From a phage, in NCBI GenBank assembly GCA_019326865.1, contig GCA_019326865.1_4101.1: a stretch of DNA of 64,000 nucleotides; one strand, written 5' to 3'. Shown here in pieces: positions 1-9,406 of the stretch. The notes beneath the pieces were generated by a model, which worked only from the letters and a program-made list of their open reading frames with translations, was not told where the DNA came from and made no database searches. The translations under genes and the position numbers were made by a program. Within the stretch, counting starts at the first letter, position 1, and each line of letters starts with the position of its first letter.

Positions 1-36
1 AAAAAAAAACACTGAAATAAAATTAAGGAGAAATAT

Positions 37-396
37 ATGTTAGAAGCTAAACAGGTAATGTCAGGTGAACATCGTGGAACTATTTTTCTAAAAGAAGATG
101 ATGTTGTAAAAATTGTAGTATCTAAAACTTTTTCCGAAGATGATGAAGTACTATTGAGTACTTTTGATGGTGAGGTTCTACGTGATGTACAGATCAAACA
201 TGAACCAGTAATTGAAGGTGGTCAGCATTTGAATGTAAATGTCTTATCTAAAGAACAACTTATTGATGCACAAAATAATCCAGAAAAATATCCGCAACTT
301 ACCATTCGTGTTAGTGGTTATGCTGTTCGTTTCAATTCACTAACAAAAGAACAACAAGATGATGTAATTTCTCGTACCTTTACAAAGGAAATTTGA
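37..396 (+). CDS. grcA: autonomous glycyl radical cofactor (GrcA/YfiD-like)
   Basis: 119 aa; C-terminus [29 protein letters not shown] matches the glycyl-radical loop (RVSGY) of GrcA and the PFL C-terminus; AAGGAG RBS upstream of ATG. Confidence 0.85.
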   Translation: MLEAKQVMSGEHRGTIFLKEDDVVKIVVSKTFSEDDEVLLSTFDGEVLRDVQIKHEPVIEGGQHLNVNVLSKEQLIDAQNNPEKYPQLTIRVSGYAVRFNSLTKEQQDDVISRTFTKEI

Positions 397-722
397 TGGA
401 TTTAAAGCCAATCGTGGTTAACAAATACAAAGAACCGTATGATGTGTACATTGGTCGTGGGTCTAAATGGGGTAACCCATTTACCCATATCAATGATAAA
501 CAGACGAAAGCCGAGTTCATTGTTGCTACAAGGGAAGAATCAATCGAAAAGTTCAGAGAATACATATTTGAACGTATTTCTAATGGCGAAGTTAAAATTG
601 ATGATTTACTTGAATTAGCAGGGAAACGTCTTGGTTGTTTCTGTAAACCAAAATCATGTCATGGTGATGTTCTCGTTGAAATAGTGAGTGCAATACTAGA
701 TGAATTACCAGACGATAATTAA
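393..722 (+). CDS. DUF4326-family protein
   Basis: 109 aa; [15 protein letters not shown] and [13 protein letters not shown] motifs as remembered for DUF4326; start overlaps upstream stop. Confidence 0.55.
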   Translation: MMDLKPIVVNKYKEPYDVYIGRGSKWGNPFTHINDKQTKAEFIVATREESIEKFREYIFERISNGEVKIDDLLELAGKRLGCFCKPKSCHGDVLVEIVSAILDELPDDN

Positions 723-1179
723 AGATGACCTTATTAATGGTGAGGGGGTGAGATGTTCTCTTTTTGTTAGTGGGTGTAGTCATGGGTGTGCCGAATGCTT
801 TAACGAAGTTGCATGGGACTACCGAAGTGGACAAGAGTTCAGTACTGAAACAATTGATACAATTTTAGCTGAACTCAGTAAGCCGTACATCAGTGGGTTA
901 TCACTCCTTGGTGGAGATCCTCTAATGAAAAAGAACATCGAAACAATTTTAGAATTATGTAAAATTGTAAAAGATACTTATCCAAATAAAACTATTTGGT
1001 GCTGGAGTGGGTATACTTTAGAAGAGATTATGGATAATCATGCCTCTCCAATACTGGAGTACATTGATGTATTAGTTGATGGTAAATTTATTCTTGAAGA
1101 AAAGAATTTAAAATTACCATTTAGAGGCTCTAATAATCAACGTATTCTTCGCAAAGGCGTAGATTATGCATTATCTTGA
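700..1179 (+). CDS. nrdG: anaerobic ribonucleotide reductase activating protein (radical SAM)
   Basis: N-terminus [33 protein letters not shown] closely parallels E. coli NrdG including the Cys cluster. Confidence 0.9.
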   Translation: MNYQTIIKDDLINGEGVRCSLFVSGCSHGCAECFNEVAWDYRSGQEFSTETIDTILAELSKPYISGLSLLGGDPLMKKNIETILELCKIVKDTYPNKTIWCWSGYTLEEIMDNHASPILEYIDVLVDGKFILEEKNLKLPFRGSNNQRILRKGVDYALS

Positions 1180-1208
1180 TATTACAGAAACGTGGAAATA
1201 TATGAAGA

Positions 1209-1231
1209 AGCACCCTTTGGGTGCTTTTTTT
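1209..1231 (+). terminator. intrinsic terminator after nrdG
   Basis: stem AGCACCC/GGGTGCT, 3-nt loop, T7 run. Confidence 0.6.
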
Positions 1232-1279
1232 ATACTATAATAAATACACTATGGATATCTATATAAAAGGGATATATAT

Positions 1280-3979
1280 ATGGCAAATAAAATATATGGT
1301 GGCATTGATGTTACACACAATGTCACAGTAAAAGGTAAGAGAAGTGCTCAGAGCATTAATGATGACGTATTTGATGAAAACGGTAATCTCACAATAGATG
1401 CATATACACAAGATGATATGTTAGAAATGGTTGGTATGTTACCAATTTCTCGTTATGGTACACAAAACTATCTACCTGCTGGTGTTAATGGTACAACAGT
1501 TGGTTCTTCAGAAAATGTGAATTCCAGAAATACAAAATTATTTTTAGAAGATGATAACACTTTAGTAATGTTACGTCCAGGTACTAATGGTAGTACTCAA
1601 GGTGTTTATTATAGTTATATGACCCAAGCAGTAGGTACAACAAATACAAGTCGTATGGTTAATACTACTCGTGCATATAAACCCAATTACTTTGGTGCAG
1701 CATACGCAGTTTATTTGTACCCAAGTAGTAATGATATTACTTGCGGTTTAGTGAGAATGGAGAATACCGATGGTACATATGTTGATAAAGTTTTTGTGTC
1801 AGATAATAATGGTACATTGAATGATGCAATGCACACTGGTATTATTCTATCAGATCATACAGCAGTACAACCTTTTGGTGCAATACAATTTGTTATTCGT
1901 GCAGAAGATGGTGCATTATATTTTTTTAGTTTAGATACACCAAATAATACTCTTAAAATATCCGTTACTAAAGTTACTTTTAATCCAAGTAATAACCCAG
2001 GTGGTGGTACTTATAGTATTACTAGAATTACTGGTTGGACTACAAGAACTTTTTATAATGCAATGATAGCTGATGAGAACATTGTTCCTACGATGAAAAT
2101 AAATTCAACAAATGCCAATGATACTCCATACGTTTTAATCCCAAGCGGTATTATTGGGTTTGGTGTTTATATGACAGATCCAGATTTATATGTTGCACAG
2201 AAATCAGGTACATCTACATTCAAATTTAGATTATGTGGTGATATGTGGATGAGTAATGGTAGATATGACACACGACCACAACATAGTTTTAGTATGACTT
2301 TTGATGTTGCAACGAAGCAATGTGCACTCGATAATATGACAACGACTGCACCTGTTGCTGTTTATGACAATGGTTCTAGCATGAATGCAACTGGACCTTG
2401 CTTGACAACTGACCCATTTTATCTTCATGCAGGTGCACGTAATATTTTCAGTAATTATTGCTATGTTCCATCAACAGGGGATGCGTTTTGTTCATTTTCA
2501 CCAAACCTAGCAGAACCATTGAATGTATCATATGCAAAATACCCACCAAAATCTTTATTTGATTTGATGGATGTTAGAAGTGTGTCAGCAACTAATTTTA
2601 TTAATGGTGTAGTATCACCAAGATTTGGTTCAGCAGTTGGTTCATACCAAGTAGGTGTAGAGTTATTACCAAATAACAGTACTAAACAATATTCAAGACG
2701 TTCTGGTGATGGTCGTTTTTTTCCATCCTATGCTGTTCATAAATCTACACCAAACTTTACATTCAAGTCATTGAGTTATGGTACAGTTCCTGGTTATGAA
2801 CCAACACCTGACCGAAATTTCATAACAACACCAGAATCACGAATTTTTATAAGTTCAATATCTGGTTCAAACGTCACTACTAATGGTGGTGTTTTGGTTG
2901 CTGACATTAGAACATCAACACCAATTAGTTTTGATTATAAAGGTAATGTACTGAATAATGGTACAATCAGTATGTCTCAAGATATAATGAATGCTATTAG
3001 GAATTCAGAATTTGCTAAAGTTGCTGGTTCTTGGGATATATCCCCAGCATCAGTAAAAACATTATCAGTTTTCGTTCCACAACAAACTGATATTCCTGTT
3101 TTCGCCGTTCTTGCTGCAACAACTAATTCCAGAGGACTATATATTCGTATGATTGAATTAGGTGTTAATACAAGAACAGGAGATATTACAACGTGGGCAT
3201 TTAAACGTTTAGTACATGAAAGTGTTCAAGCCCTGGATTACAAAACTGATGCCGGATATTATCTTGATAGTGGAAGTATTGGTATTACTATATATGATGC
3301 TGGTTCTTTTTACTTCATTGGTGGTGGTATTCCAGGTTTCTTTCCTACAGTTGGTAATACAGCTTCACCTTTTTTTCGTGCTACTGTAGATAAAGCAAGT
3401 AAGCAATTTAATAATTTCCATATAGCTGGTTATCGTCCCATCTATGCATTAGACGGTCAACCGTTCGCTTTACCTGGTATTGGATTTGGTATTCTTCAAA
3501 GTATAGATCTTCAAAACAAAACCATTTTTAGAACATATGGTACTACATTAGAAGATTATAATGCATGGACTGATAAAGGGAATCCATTCATTTGCGTTGT
3601 TTCACAAGACGTTGCTCAAGGTTTTATTATATACTTCACCGAAGAGACACCAGTACTGATATCTGGTAAGCACTATACGTTACCAATATCAAATATTGAT
3701 TTAACAAAAGTGAAAGCAAATCCTGCGAATACTACATTTTATGTGTATATTAAATTAGTGCAGGGTATTGCAAAGTATCATATATCAACAACTGAATTAG
3801 CTGAAACTCAGTCAATATTCTGGATTGGTACAGTGAAAACTAATGATTTACAAATAACCGAAATTAATATCGTTAAACGTTCGCGTTTAGATCTGTTTGG
3901 TGCATCCTATGACGCTGCCGGAAGTTCATTCCCAGTTAGTTCTGGTTTTCCTTCAGGTTCTGGCAATGTGAATTGGTAA
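1280..3979 (+). CDS. tail fibre protein, paralog A
   Basis: 899 aa, S/T/N/G-rich; N-terminal LPISRYGTQNYLP module and C-terminal module shared with ORFs at 3990 and 4595. Confidence 0.6.
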   Translation: MANKIYGGIDVTHNVTVKGKRSAQSINDDVFDENGNLTIDAYTQDDMLEMVGMLPISRYGTQNYLPAGVNGTTVGSSENVNSRNTKLFLEDDNTLVMLRPGTNGSTQGVYYSYMTQAVGTTNTSRMVNTTRAYKPNYFGAAYAVYLYPSSNDITCGLVRMENTDGTYVDKVFVSDNNGTLNDAMHTGIILSDHTAVQPFGAIQFVIRAEDGALYFFSLDTPNNTLKISVTKVTFNPSNNPGGGTYSITRITGWTTRTFYNAMIADENIVPTMKINSTNANDTPYVLIPSGIIGFGVYMTDPDLYVAQKSGTSTFKFRLCGDMWMSNGRYDTRPQHSFSMTFDVATKQCALDNMTTTAPVAVYDNGSSMNATGPCLTTDPFYLHAGARNIFSNYCYVPSTGDAFCSFSPNLAEPLNVSYAKYPPKSLFDLMDVRSVSATNFINGVVSPRFGSAVGSYQVGVELLPNNSTKQYSRRSGDGRFFPSYAVHKSTPNFTFKSLSYGTVPGYEPTPDRNFITTPESRIFISSISGSNVTTNGGVLVADIRTSTPISFDYKGNVLNNGTISMSQDIMNAIRNSEFAKVAGSWDISPASVKTLSVFVPQQTDIPVFAVLAATTNSRGLYIRMIELGVNTRTGDITTWAFKRLVHESVQALDYKTDAGYYLDSGSIGITIYDAGSFYFIGGGIPGFFPTVGNTASPFFRATVDKASKQFNNFHIAGYRPIYALDGQPFALPGIGFGILQSIDLQNKTIFRTYGTTLEDYNAWTDKGNPFICVVSQDVAQGFIIYFTEETPVLISGKHYTLPISNIDLTKVKANPANTTFYVYIKLVQGIAKYHISTTELAETQSIFWIGTVKTNDLQITEINIVKRSRLDLFGASYDAAGSSFPVSSGFPSGSGNVNW

Positions 3980-3989
3980 TGGAGAGAAT

Positions 3990-4580
3990 ATGTCTTATAA
4001 ATTTAGAGCAGATGTGGAAGCTTATGCTTCCGTTAAATCACAAGGAAAAAATACTGGGACCACGATAACTGTTCGTTCTGGTAATGTGTATCAAGCTGAT
4101 GCAAATGGGAATGTTGATATACCAGTCATGAGTACAGATGATGTGAATTACATTACCAGTTCGTTTCCGTTATCACAATTTGGACCACTTTACAGTGATG
4201 AACCATTAGGTATTACTTCTGCGGGTTTCAATTTAACTTTCAGCAAAGAATTACCGTTATTCATGGCGGGAGCGGCGTATACCCTCCCAGCAAAAACAAT
4301 AACAGATCCTGGTGTTTCTGGTACTAATATTGAAACACATTATGTATATGTTATATTAGATGTTGGGGTAGCTGACTACCTCATTTCTAAAACTCAACGA
4401 CCTGAAAGTAGTGTTAATATGTACATCGGAAAACTAACAGTTTTCCCAGATGGCATTACAGGGGTCAGTATAAATAAAGTGTCAAGATTTGACAACTTCA
4501 GAGTAAGTTCTACAAAAATTGGTTCAGCTATCCCTATCAGTTCTGGTTCACCAGATGTGAATGGTATGATAGAATGGTAA
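3990..4580 (+). CDS. tail fibre-associated protein sharing the C-terminal module of the flanking fibres
   Basis: 196 aa; C-terminus VSRFDNFRVSSTKIGSAIPISSGSP resembles the C-termini of both neighbours. Confidence 0.5.
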   Translation: MSYKFRADVEAYASVKSQGKNTGTTITVRSGNVYQADANGNVDIPVMSTDDVNYITSSFPLSQFGPLYSDEPLGITSAGFNLTFSKELPLFMAGAAYTLPAKTITDPGVSGTNIETHYVYVILDVGVADYLISKTQRPESSVNMYIGKLTVFPDGITGVSINKVSRFDNFRVSSTKIGSAIPISSGSPDVNGMIEW

Positions 4581-4594
4581 AGGAATATATATAT

Positions 4595-7336
4595 ATGGCT
4601 TCTAGACGAATTATAGGAAACGCAGATATACTAGGGAATTTAAAAATTAATGGAAAGTATGCATTACGTTCCCTTAATGGTGTTCCTGCTGACTCTGCTG
4701 GTAAAATCACTTATCAATATTATGACAAAGCGGAAGTAAATCAGATGTTTGATATGCTTCCAGTTTCAAGGGTAGGTGATCAAGATTACCTACCAATGAG
4801 TATTAACGGAACTTTTGAAGGTGCTTCTTCCTTTTCATTTGCAAAAATAATGCAACCTTGTATCATTGAAAATGATGGTACTGGTGTAATTTTACGTGCA
4901 GGTACAAATGGAAGTTCTTATGGTTACTATTATACTTATATTAAAAATATAAGAGATATAGAAACACTAACTCAAGATAATATAATTACAACCAATACGA
5001 TGTATAGACCGTCTGTGCTACCAAGTACTGATTACATTTATGAATTTTATGGGTCAAATGCATATGAATTACTATTTTGGGAATCAACTGATAGAACATC
5101 ATATTACCTTACATTAACAAATGAAACATTGAATGAATCAGCACACAAGCATTGCAGAATTCCAAAAACAGCAATAACAAATAAACCAATATATGCACAC
5201 ATCGTAAATGATTCAGTTTATATATGGTGTATGGATTCAAGTGTATTGAGTAGTGTTCGCGGGTGTGCATTTATTATATACACAGTACCTTTAACTGCAT
5301 TTAATACTGGTTCAGTTTCTACCGTAACACAGATTGGTGGTTATTCAGGAAGAACTATAAGAGATGCAACATATACTGCATCTAATAATATTCGCGTTTA
5401 TGATAGCTATTCTATTTTAGGTTCAGGTGGTGATGCACTAATAGTATATGATAATGGTGTTTCCAGAATAGATTATTGGGAAAATAACGTATTTAATACC
5501 CAAGCAGTTCTTAGCCCAGATGGTACAAAAATAAGAGTTGCGATCTATCCAGGGTTTCGTGTCTTTACCAAAACAAAAACATCTAGTGTATATGCACTTG
5601 GTATTAGCTTTACATATGATATCAGTACTAAAACAATGACACTTGATGGTTCTGAACGTGGTCCAATCAGAGTATCAGCTAATACATCAACTGGTAGTAT
5701 AACAGTAAGAAACCCGTTTTCAATCAATATGGAAAACTTTACAGGGTTTTATGACGGTGCACTTGGCAACTATGGTTCAATCTGTCAAACTTCTGATGGT
5801 TTTGTTTTCACTACCAAAGCAAGATGGACATCCACACCAACATATGCAGTACAAACATACAAAGTTTCTGGTACACCTTATGATAGTTGGGTCGCTAAAA
5901 CACGTACTGCTAGTAATTTAAAACGTGTCGAAGTAATGCCAGTTTATGGCTCCCCTGTCGGTGAAAACTTAATAGGTGTTCGTTTCGTAGATAAACGTAA
6001 GATACTTGTTGCATGTTCTGGCACTGCTGATGGAATTTCTTATGGTTATGATAGTACAGTTTTTACTGAAATAGGTGAGAATCCGACTTATGTTTATAAA
6101 AACTTGGAACAAAATACCACAATGAATGGTTTTGCACCATCAAGTAATAGACACTATTTAAGTACTGATTACAAATATGCAGGTATGATAACATTGGTTG
6201 ATGCAAATGGAAATGTCAGCACTTATGGTTCTTCGTTAATAGAAGACATCGATAAACCAGCGTATGGAAAATTCGACCCAGTTACAATGGACTTCGACAG
6301 TAATAGATATGAAATTTCAGGAACAACATTATCAAGTATAGGTGATAATGCAATTGCTAAAGCTGGATTGTCTGGAATAACTGATCATAAAACTGTTTTT
6401 TATTATGTACCTGATACTACATATTCTAAATCGATTGCAGTCACTTCTGCATTAAACGGTACTACCAATGTGTGTTATATTATTTTTTCCGAAATATCAT
6501 GTAGTGCAGTTGGTACAAGTGGTACTATAATTTTACGTGGTATTAATGTTGATACAGCAAGATATACATCAATGACGAATACATACCAAATTTCACCAAA
6601 TGAAATGGTCAAACGTTGGGCTGGTATGACGGTTTCTAAGTTTAATGGTTTTAACTACTTAGGCGTGAACATTTTATATGGCATTGATACCCCAGGTTGG
6701 ACTCGTTATCCTAACATGATTGCTAAAGTGAAAAATGGTATTATTTCAAGTCAACGATATATGGAAACAACTTATATTTCAAACGCACAATTTGATATAG
6801 GTACAATTCCAGGGATTGGGTTTGGATATTACCAAATGAACAAAAACGATTATCAAACTAAATCAGTTTTTGCTGTATGTGGTACTACTGAAGCAGATAT
6901 GGATAAACTAATATCTGGTAATGAAACGATATCACAGTACTTAGTTGTTGCTTCACAGGATGTGGCACAAGGGTTTCACGTATACTTTTCACAAGAAGTA
7001 CCAGTTTTCTTGGGTGGAAAGTTTGCAAAGATACCACCGACTATGATAGACTTATCTACCATAAGTACTACACCAGAGAATTCAACATTCTACATATATG
7101 CGGTGATGGATAGAGATACATCCACAGCATCGTATCAGATATCACTACATCAATTATCAGAAACTATGACATCAACATACATTGGTAAGATAGTAACTAA
7201 TAATAATGGTATTGCATCAATCGAGTCTGAAAAAGTTTCCAGATTCTTGCTATACCGTCCAAGTACCCACAGTCGTGGATCTGCTATCCCAGCTAGTTCT
7301 GGGTTACCATCACAATCTGGCTCCCGTTGGAAATAA
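4595..7336 (+). CDS. tail fibre protein, paralog B
   Basis: start moved to second ATG (MASRR...), which carries the same AAAGGRATATATAT-ATG initiation region as the gene at 1280; N-terminal LPVSRVGDQDYLP module. Confidence 0.6.
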   Translation: MASRRIIGNADILGNLKINGKYALRSLNGVPADSAGKITYQYYDKAEVNQMFDMLPVSRVGDQDYLPMSINGTFEGASSFSFAKIMQPCIIENDGTGVILRAGTNGSSYGYYYTYIKNIRDIETLTQDNIITTNTMYRPSVLPSTDYIYEFYGSNAYELLFWESTDRTSYYLTLTNETLNESAHKHCRIPKTAITNKPIYAHIVNDSVYIWCMDSSVLSSVRGCAFIIYTVPLTAFNTGSVSTVTQIGGYSGRTIRDATYTASNNIRVYDSYSILGSGGDALIVYDNGVSRIDYWENNVFNTQAVLSPDGTKIRVAIYPGFRVFTKTKTSSVYALGISFTYDISTKTMTLDGSERGPIRVSANTSTGSITVRNPFSINMENFTGFYDGALGNYGSICQTSDGFVFTTKARWTSTPTYAVQTYKVSGTPYDSWVAKTRTASNLKRVEVMPVYGSPVGENLIGVRFVDKRKILVACSGTADGISYGYDSTVFTEIGENPTYVYKNLEQNTTMNGFAPSSNRHYLSTDYKYAGMITLVDANGNVSTYGSSLIEDIDKPAYGKFDPVTMDFDSNRYEISGTTLSSIGDNAIAKAGLSGITDHKTVFYYVPDTTYSKSIAVTSALNGTTNVCYIIFSEISCSAVGTSGTIILRGINVDTARYTSMTNTYQISPNEMVKRWAGMTVSKFNGFNYLGVNILYGIDTPGWTRYPNMIAKVKNGIISSQRYMETTYISNAQFDIGTIPGIGFGYYQMNKNDYQTKSVFAVCGTTEADMDKLISGNETISQYLVVASQDVAQGFHVYFSQEVPVFLGGKFAKIPPTMIDLSTISTTPENSTFYIYAVMDRDTSTASYQISLHQLSETMTSTYIGKIVTNNNGIASIESEKVSRFLLYRPSTHSRGSAIPASSGLPSQSGSRWK

Positions 7337-7342
7337 TTTTAA

Positions 7343-7370
7343 AGCTCGTCTATTGACGGGCTTTTCTTTT
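7343..7370 (+). terminator. intrinsic terminator after tail fibre gene
   Basis: 8-bp stem (one G-U), loop TATT, T-rich run. Confidence 0.55.
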
Positions 7371-7404
7371 GTGTGTATAATACAAAGAAATATAGGAGGA
7401 AATT

Positions 7405-7968
7405 ATGGTCAAATCATTACTACCACCACCAAAACGACATAAAATCAAAGAAATGAAAGAACAACGCACATTAAAGATGTACAACAACTTAGTTAAGTTA
7501 CTTTGCAAAAGCCCATCACTCAAAGAAGTATTCACAACAGATGATGATCGTAACGCACTTATTGAGATGAAGTATATGCTCAGTAAAACGTCGTTTTATA
7601 AATTTGTTAAAGAATACTCATCTGATCCATTTAGTCCTCGTTGGCGAGTTAAACCAAGAGAATATTTCTTTGGTGGTGCATATACTGATACAATTCAAGA
7701 TACTGTCATTGGTGTTGAGTTTGAAATAGATTATGAACCTAATGGTGAAAATGTATACAATGATAAAAAAATGCCGAGTGAAGATGAAATTTATGTTTAT
7801 GCAAGAAAACAGACAACCTTCAGTTCGAGAATTGCTCTTAATAATTTAGATTCATTTATTATTTTCTATACACGTGTAGGTGTAGATAAAATGGTAACTA
7901 AGCTCAATGAATTATCATTACAACAAAAACAGATTAATGCATACAAAGACATTACAGATTTATACTAA
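7405..7968 (+). CDS. hypothetical protein, tandem paralog family member 1
   Basis: 187 aa; AGGAGG RBS; shares a D-[DH]-[DN]-R...E-x-KY-x-LSK motif block with the next two ORFs. Confidence 0.7.
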   Translation: MVKSLLPPPKRHKIKEMKEQRTLKMYNNLVKLLCKSPSLKEVFTTDDDRNALIEMKYMLSKTSFYKFVKEYSSDPFSPRWRVKPREYFFGGAYTDTIQDTVIGVEFEIDYEPNGENVYNDKKMPSEDEIYVYARKQTTFSSRIALNNLDSFIIFYTRVGVDKMVTKLNELSLQQKQINAYKDITDLY

Positions 7969-7974
7969 TGAGGA

Positions 7975-8496
7975 TTGGATATGTTTTTTGGACAGTTAAA
8001 AAAACCTAACAGTACTTTAATTTGGCATGAAATCATCTTTAAAATTATATCTAAAAGCTACTCACTAAAAGATATTATCAAAACAGATCATGATCGACGT
8101 GTTCTGTTAGAAGCAAAATATAAATTGAGCAAACACCCGTTACTTTCGTTAATCATTGATTACGTTAATGATTATGAATCCAGTCGTTGGAAGTGGGAAG
8201 ACGGAGGTTTATTTCGTGGAAAAACATTCTACGGTGCTGAACGATATGTATTCAGTGATACAGCAAATGATGTTAAGTTTGCTATTAGAAACTTTAACTC
8301 CAAAGAAAATGATTATCTTGAAAGTGGAGTTAAGGTGTATATAGATAATAATAGCAATGTACTTACATATGACGAATCACTAATTATGTTACAAATAATG
8401 CGTGGAGTTGAAAGTGTAAGACACAATCTTACTAAGTTGAAAATCCAGCAAAATGATATACATAATAGACAGAAAATTAAGGGTTTATATAAATGA
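7975..8496 (+). CDS. hypothetical protein, tandem paralog family member 2
   Basis: 173 aa; KTDHDRRVLLEAKYKLSK matches the motif in members 1 and 3. Confidence 0.7.
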   Translation: MDMFFGQLKKPNSTLIWHEIIFKIISKSYSLKDIIKTDHDRRVLLEAKYKLSKHPLLSLIIDYVNDYESSRWKWEDGGLFRGKTFYGAERYVFSDTANDVKFAIRNFNSKENDYLESGVKVYIDNNSNVLTYDESLIMLQIMRGVESVRHNLTKLKIQQNDIHNRQKIKGLYK

Positions 8497-9002
8497 TTTC
8501 ATTTTTCAAAAAGAAAGAAAAAGTTGATGAAACTGGATTAGAATCGTTTCTATGGACTCTTATCATTAAAAAAAGTCCATTGATGAAAGAATATGCTATC
8601 AATGATGCTAATAGAAAAACTATCATTGAATACAAATATGAATTATCAAAATGTGATCCAATTGTTTATCACTTTGCGAAGTACTGTTCTAACAATTTAT
8701 CGGATATCACTATTGAACACGAGTCAGTACCAATGAGTTTTCCTTATGGTGATTGGGTAGATACTTTTGATATTTTTGATGGTTCAAATGGTTTCAGTTT
8801 CTTTTACTCGTCAAATAAAGCAAATGTTCGTATTAAAACAGAGATAGGTTGGACACAGCATAGCTCAAATAAAGAAGATTATAATTTACTAGCTGACGTA
8901 TACCGAAGTGTGAAGAATTCAAAGGATATTGATGAAAGAATTAAAAAGCAAAATCGTATTTCTTTATCACTTGAAACATACAAGTCAAAGTATGGTGGTT
9001 AA
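8493..9002 (+). CDS. hypothetical protein, tandem paralog family member 3
   Basis: 169 aa; NDANRKTIIEYKYELSK motif; 4-nt overlap with the preceding gene. Confidence 0.7.
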   Translation: MISFFKKKEKVDETGLESFLWTLIIKKSPLMKEYAINDANRKTIIEYKYELSKCDPIVYHFAKYCSNNLSDITIEHESVPMSFPYGDWVDTFDIFDGSNGFSFFYSSNKANVRIKTEIGWTQHSSNKEDYNLLADVYRSVKNSKDIDERIKKQNRISLSLETYKSKYGG

Positions 9003-9004
9003 CT

Positions 9005-9406
9005 ATGACTACAGTTGATGATATCTATAGTACTATACGAAATATGAGTACAGATAGAAAAGTATTTGGTGATAAAGAAAAATCTAAGTGTTATGGTATT
9101 GATTCTTTTGATATAATTTCGTATGAGTACAACACGAATGGAAATAGTTCACTGAATATCGTCTGCCCTCGTGACCCAGAAAATAATTTTATGTATGTTG
9201 AAATTAATAATGATGGGATGTTTTTTACAAAAGTTTTCAAAGGTGGTATTAATTACGAACCTATTGAATGTATGAATGAAGAAACTTTCTTTCAAGAAGA
9301 TACAATTATCAATTTAGGTTTTAGTTTTGCGGATTATAAAACATTAGAACATGACTTTAATCGTTATTATAACGGTTTCTTAAAGGAGTTAACAATTTAT
9401 CTATGA
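9005..9406 (+). CDS. hypothetical protein
   Basis: 133 aa ORF in a co-directional packed array. Confidence 0.6.
   Translation: MTTVDDIYSTIRNMSTDRKVFGDKEKSKCYGIDSFDIISYEYNTNGNSSLNIVCPRDPENNFMYVEINNDGMFFTKVFKGGINYEPIECMNEETFFQEDTIINLGFSFADYKTLEHDFNRYYNGFLKELTIYL

Noticed and set aside
380-834. Minus-strand ORFs 380-565 and 592-834
   Set aside because: Antisense to the well-supported grcA-like, DUF4326 and nrdG genes
7206-7535. Overlapping ORFs 7206-7442 (+) and 7350-7535 (-)
   Set aside because: They overlap the end of the fibre gene, its terminator and the start of the next gene in alternative frames; no support
8156-8344. Internal alternative-frame ORF within paralog family member 2 (also 16377-16571 and 16608-16790 within ORF 16319-16900)
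   Set aside because: Nested out-of-frame ORFs inside longer well-formed genes
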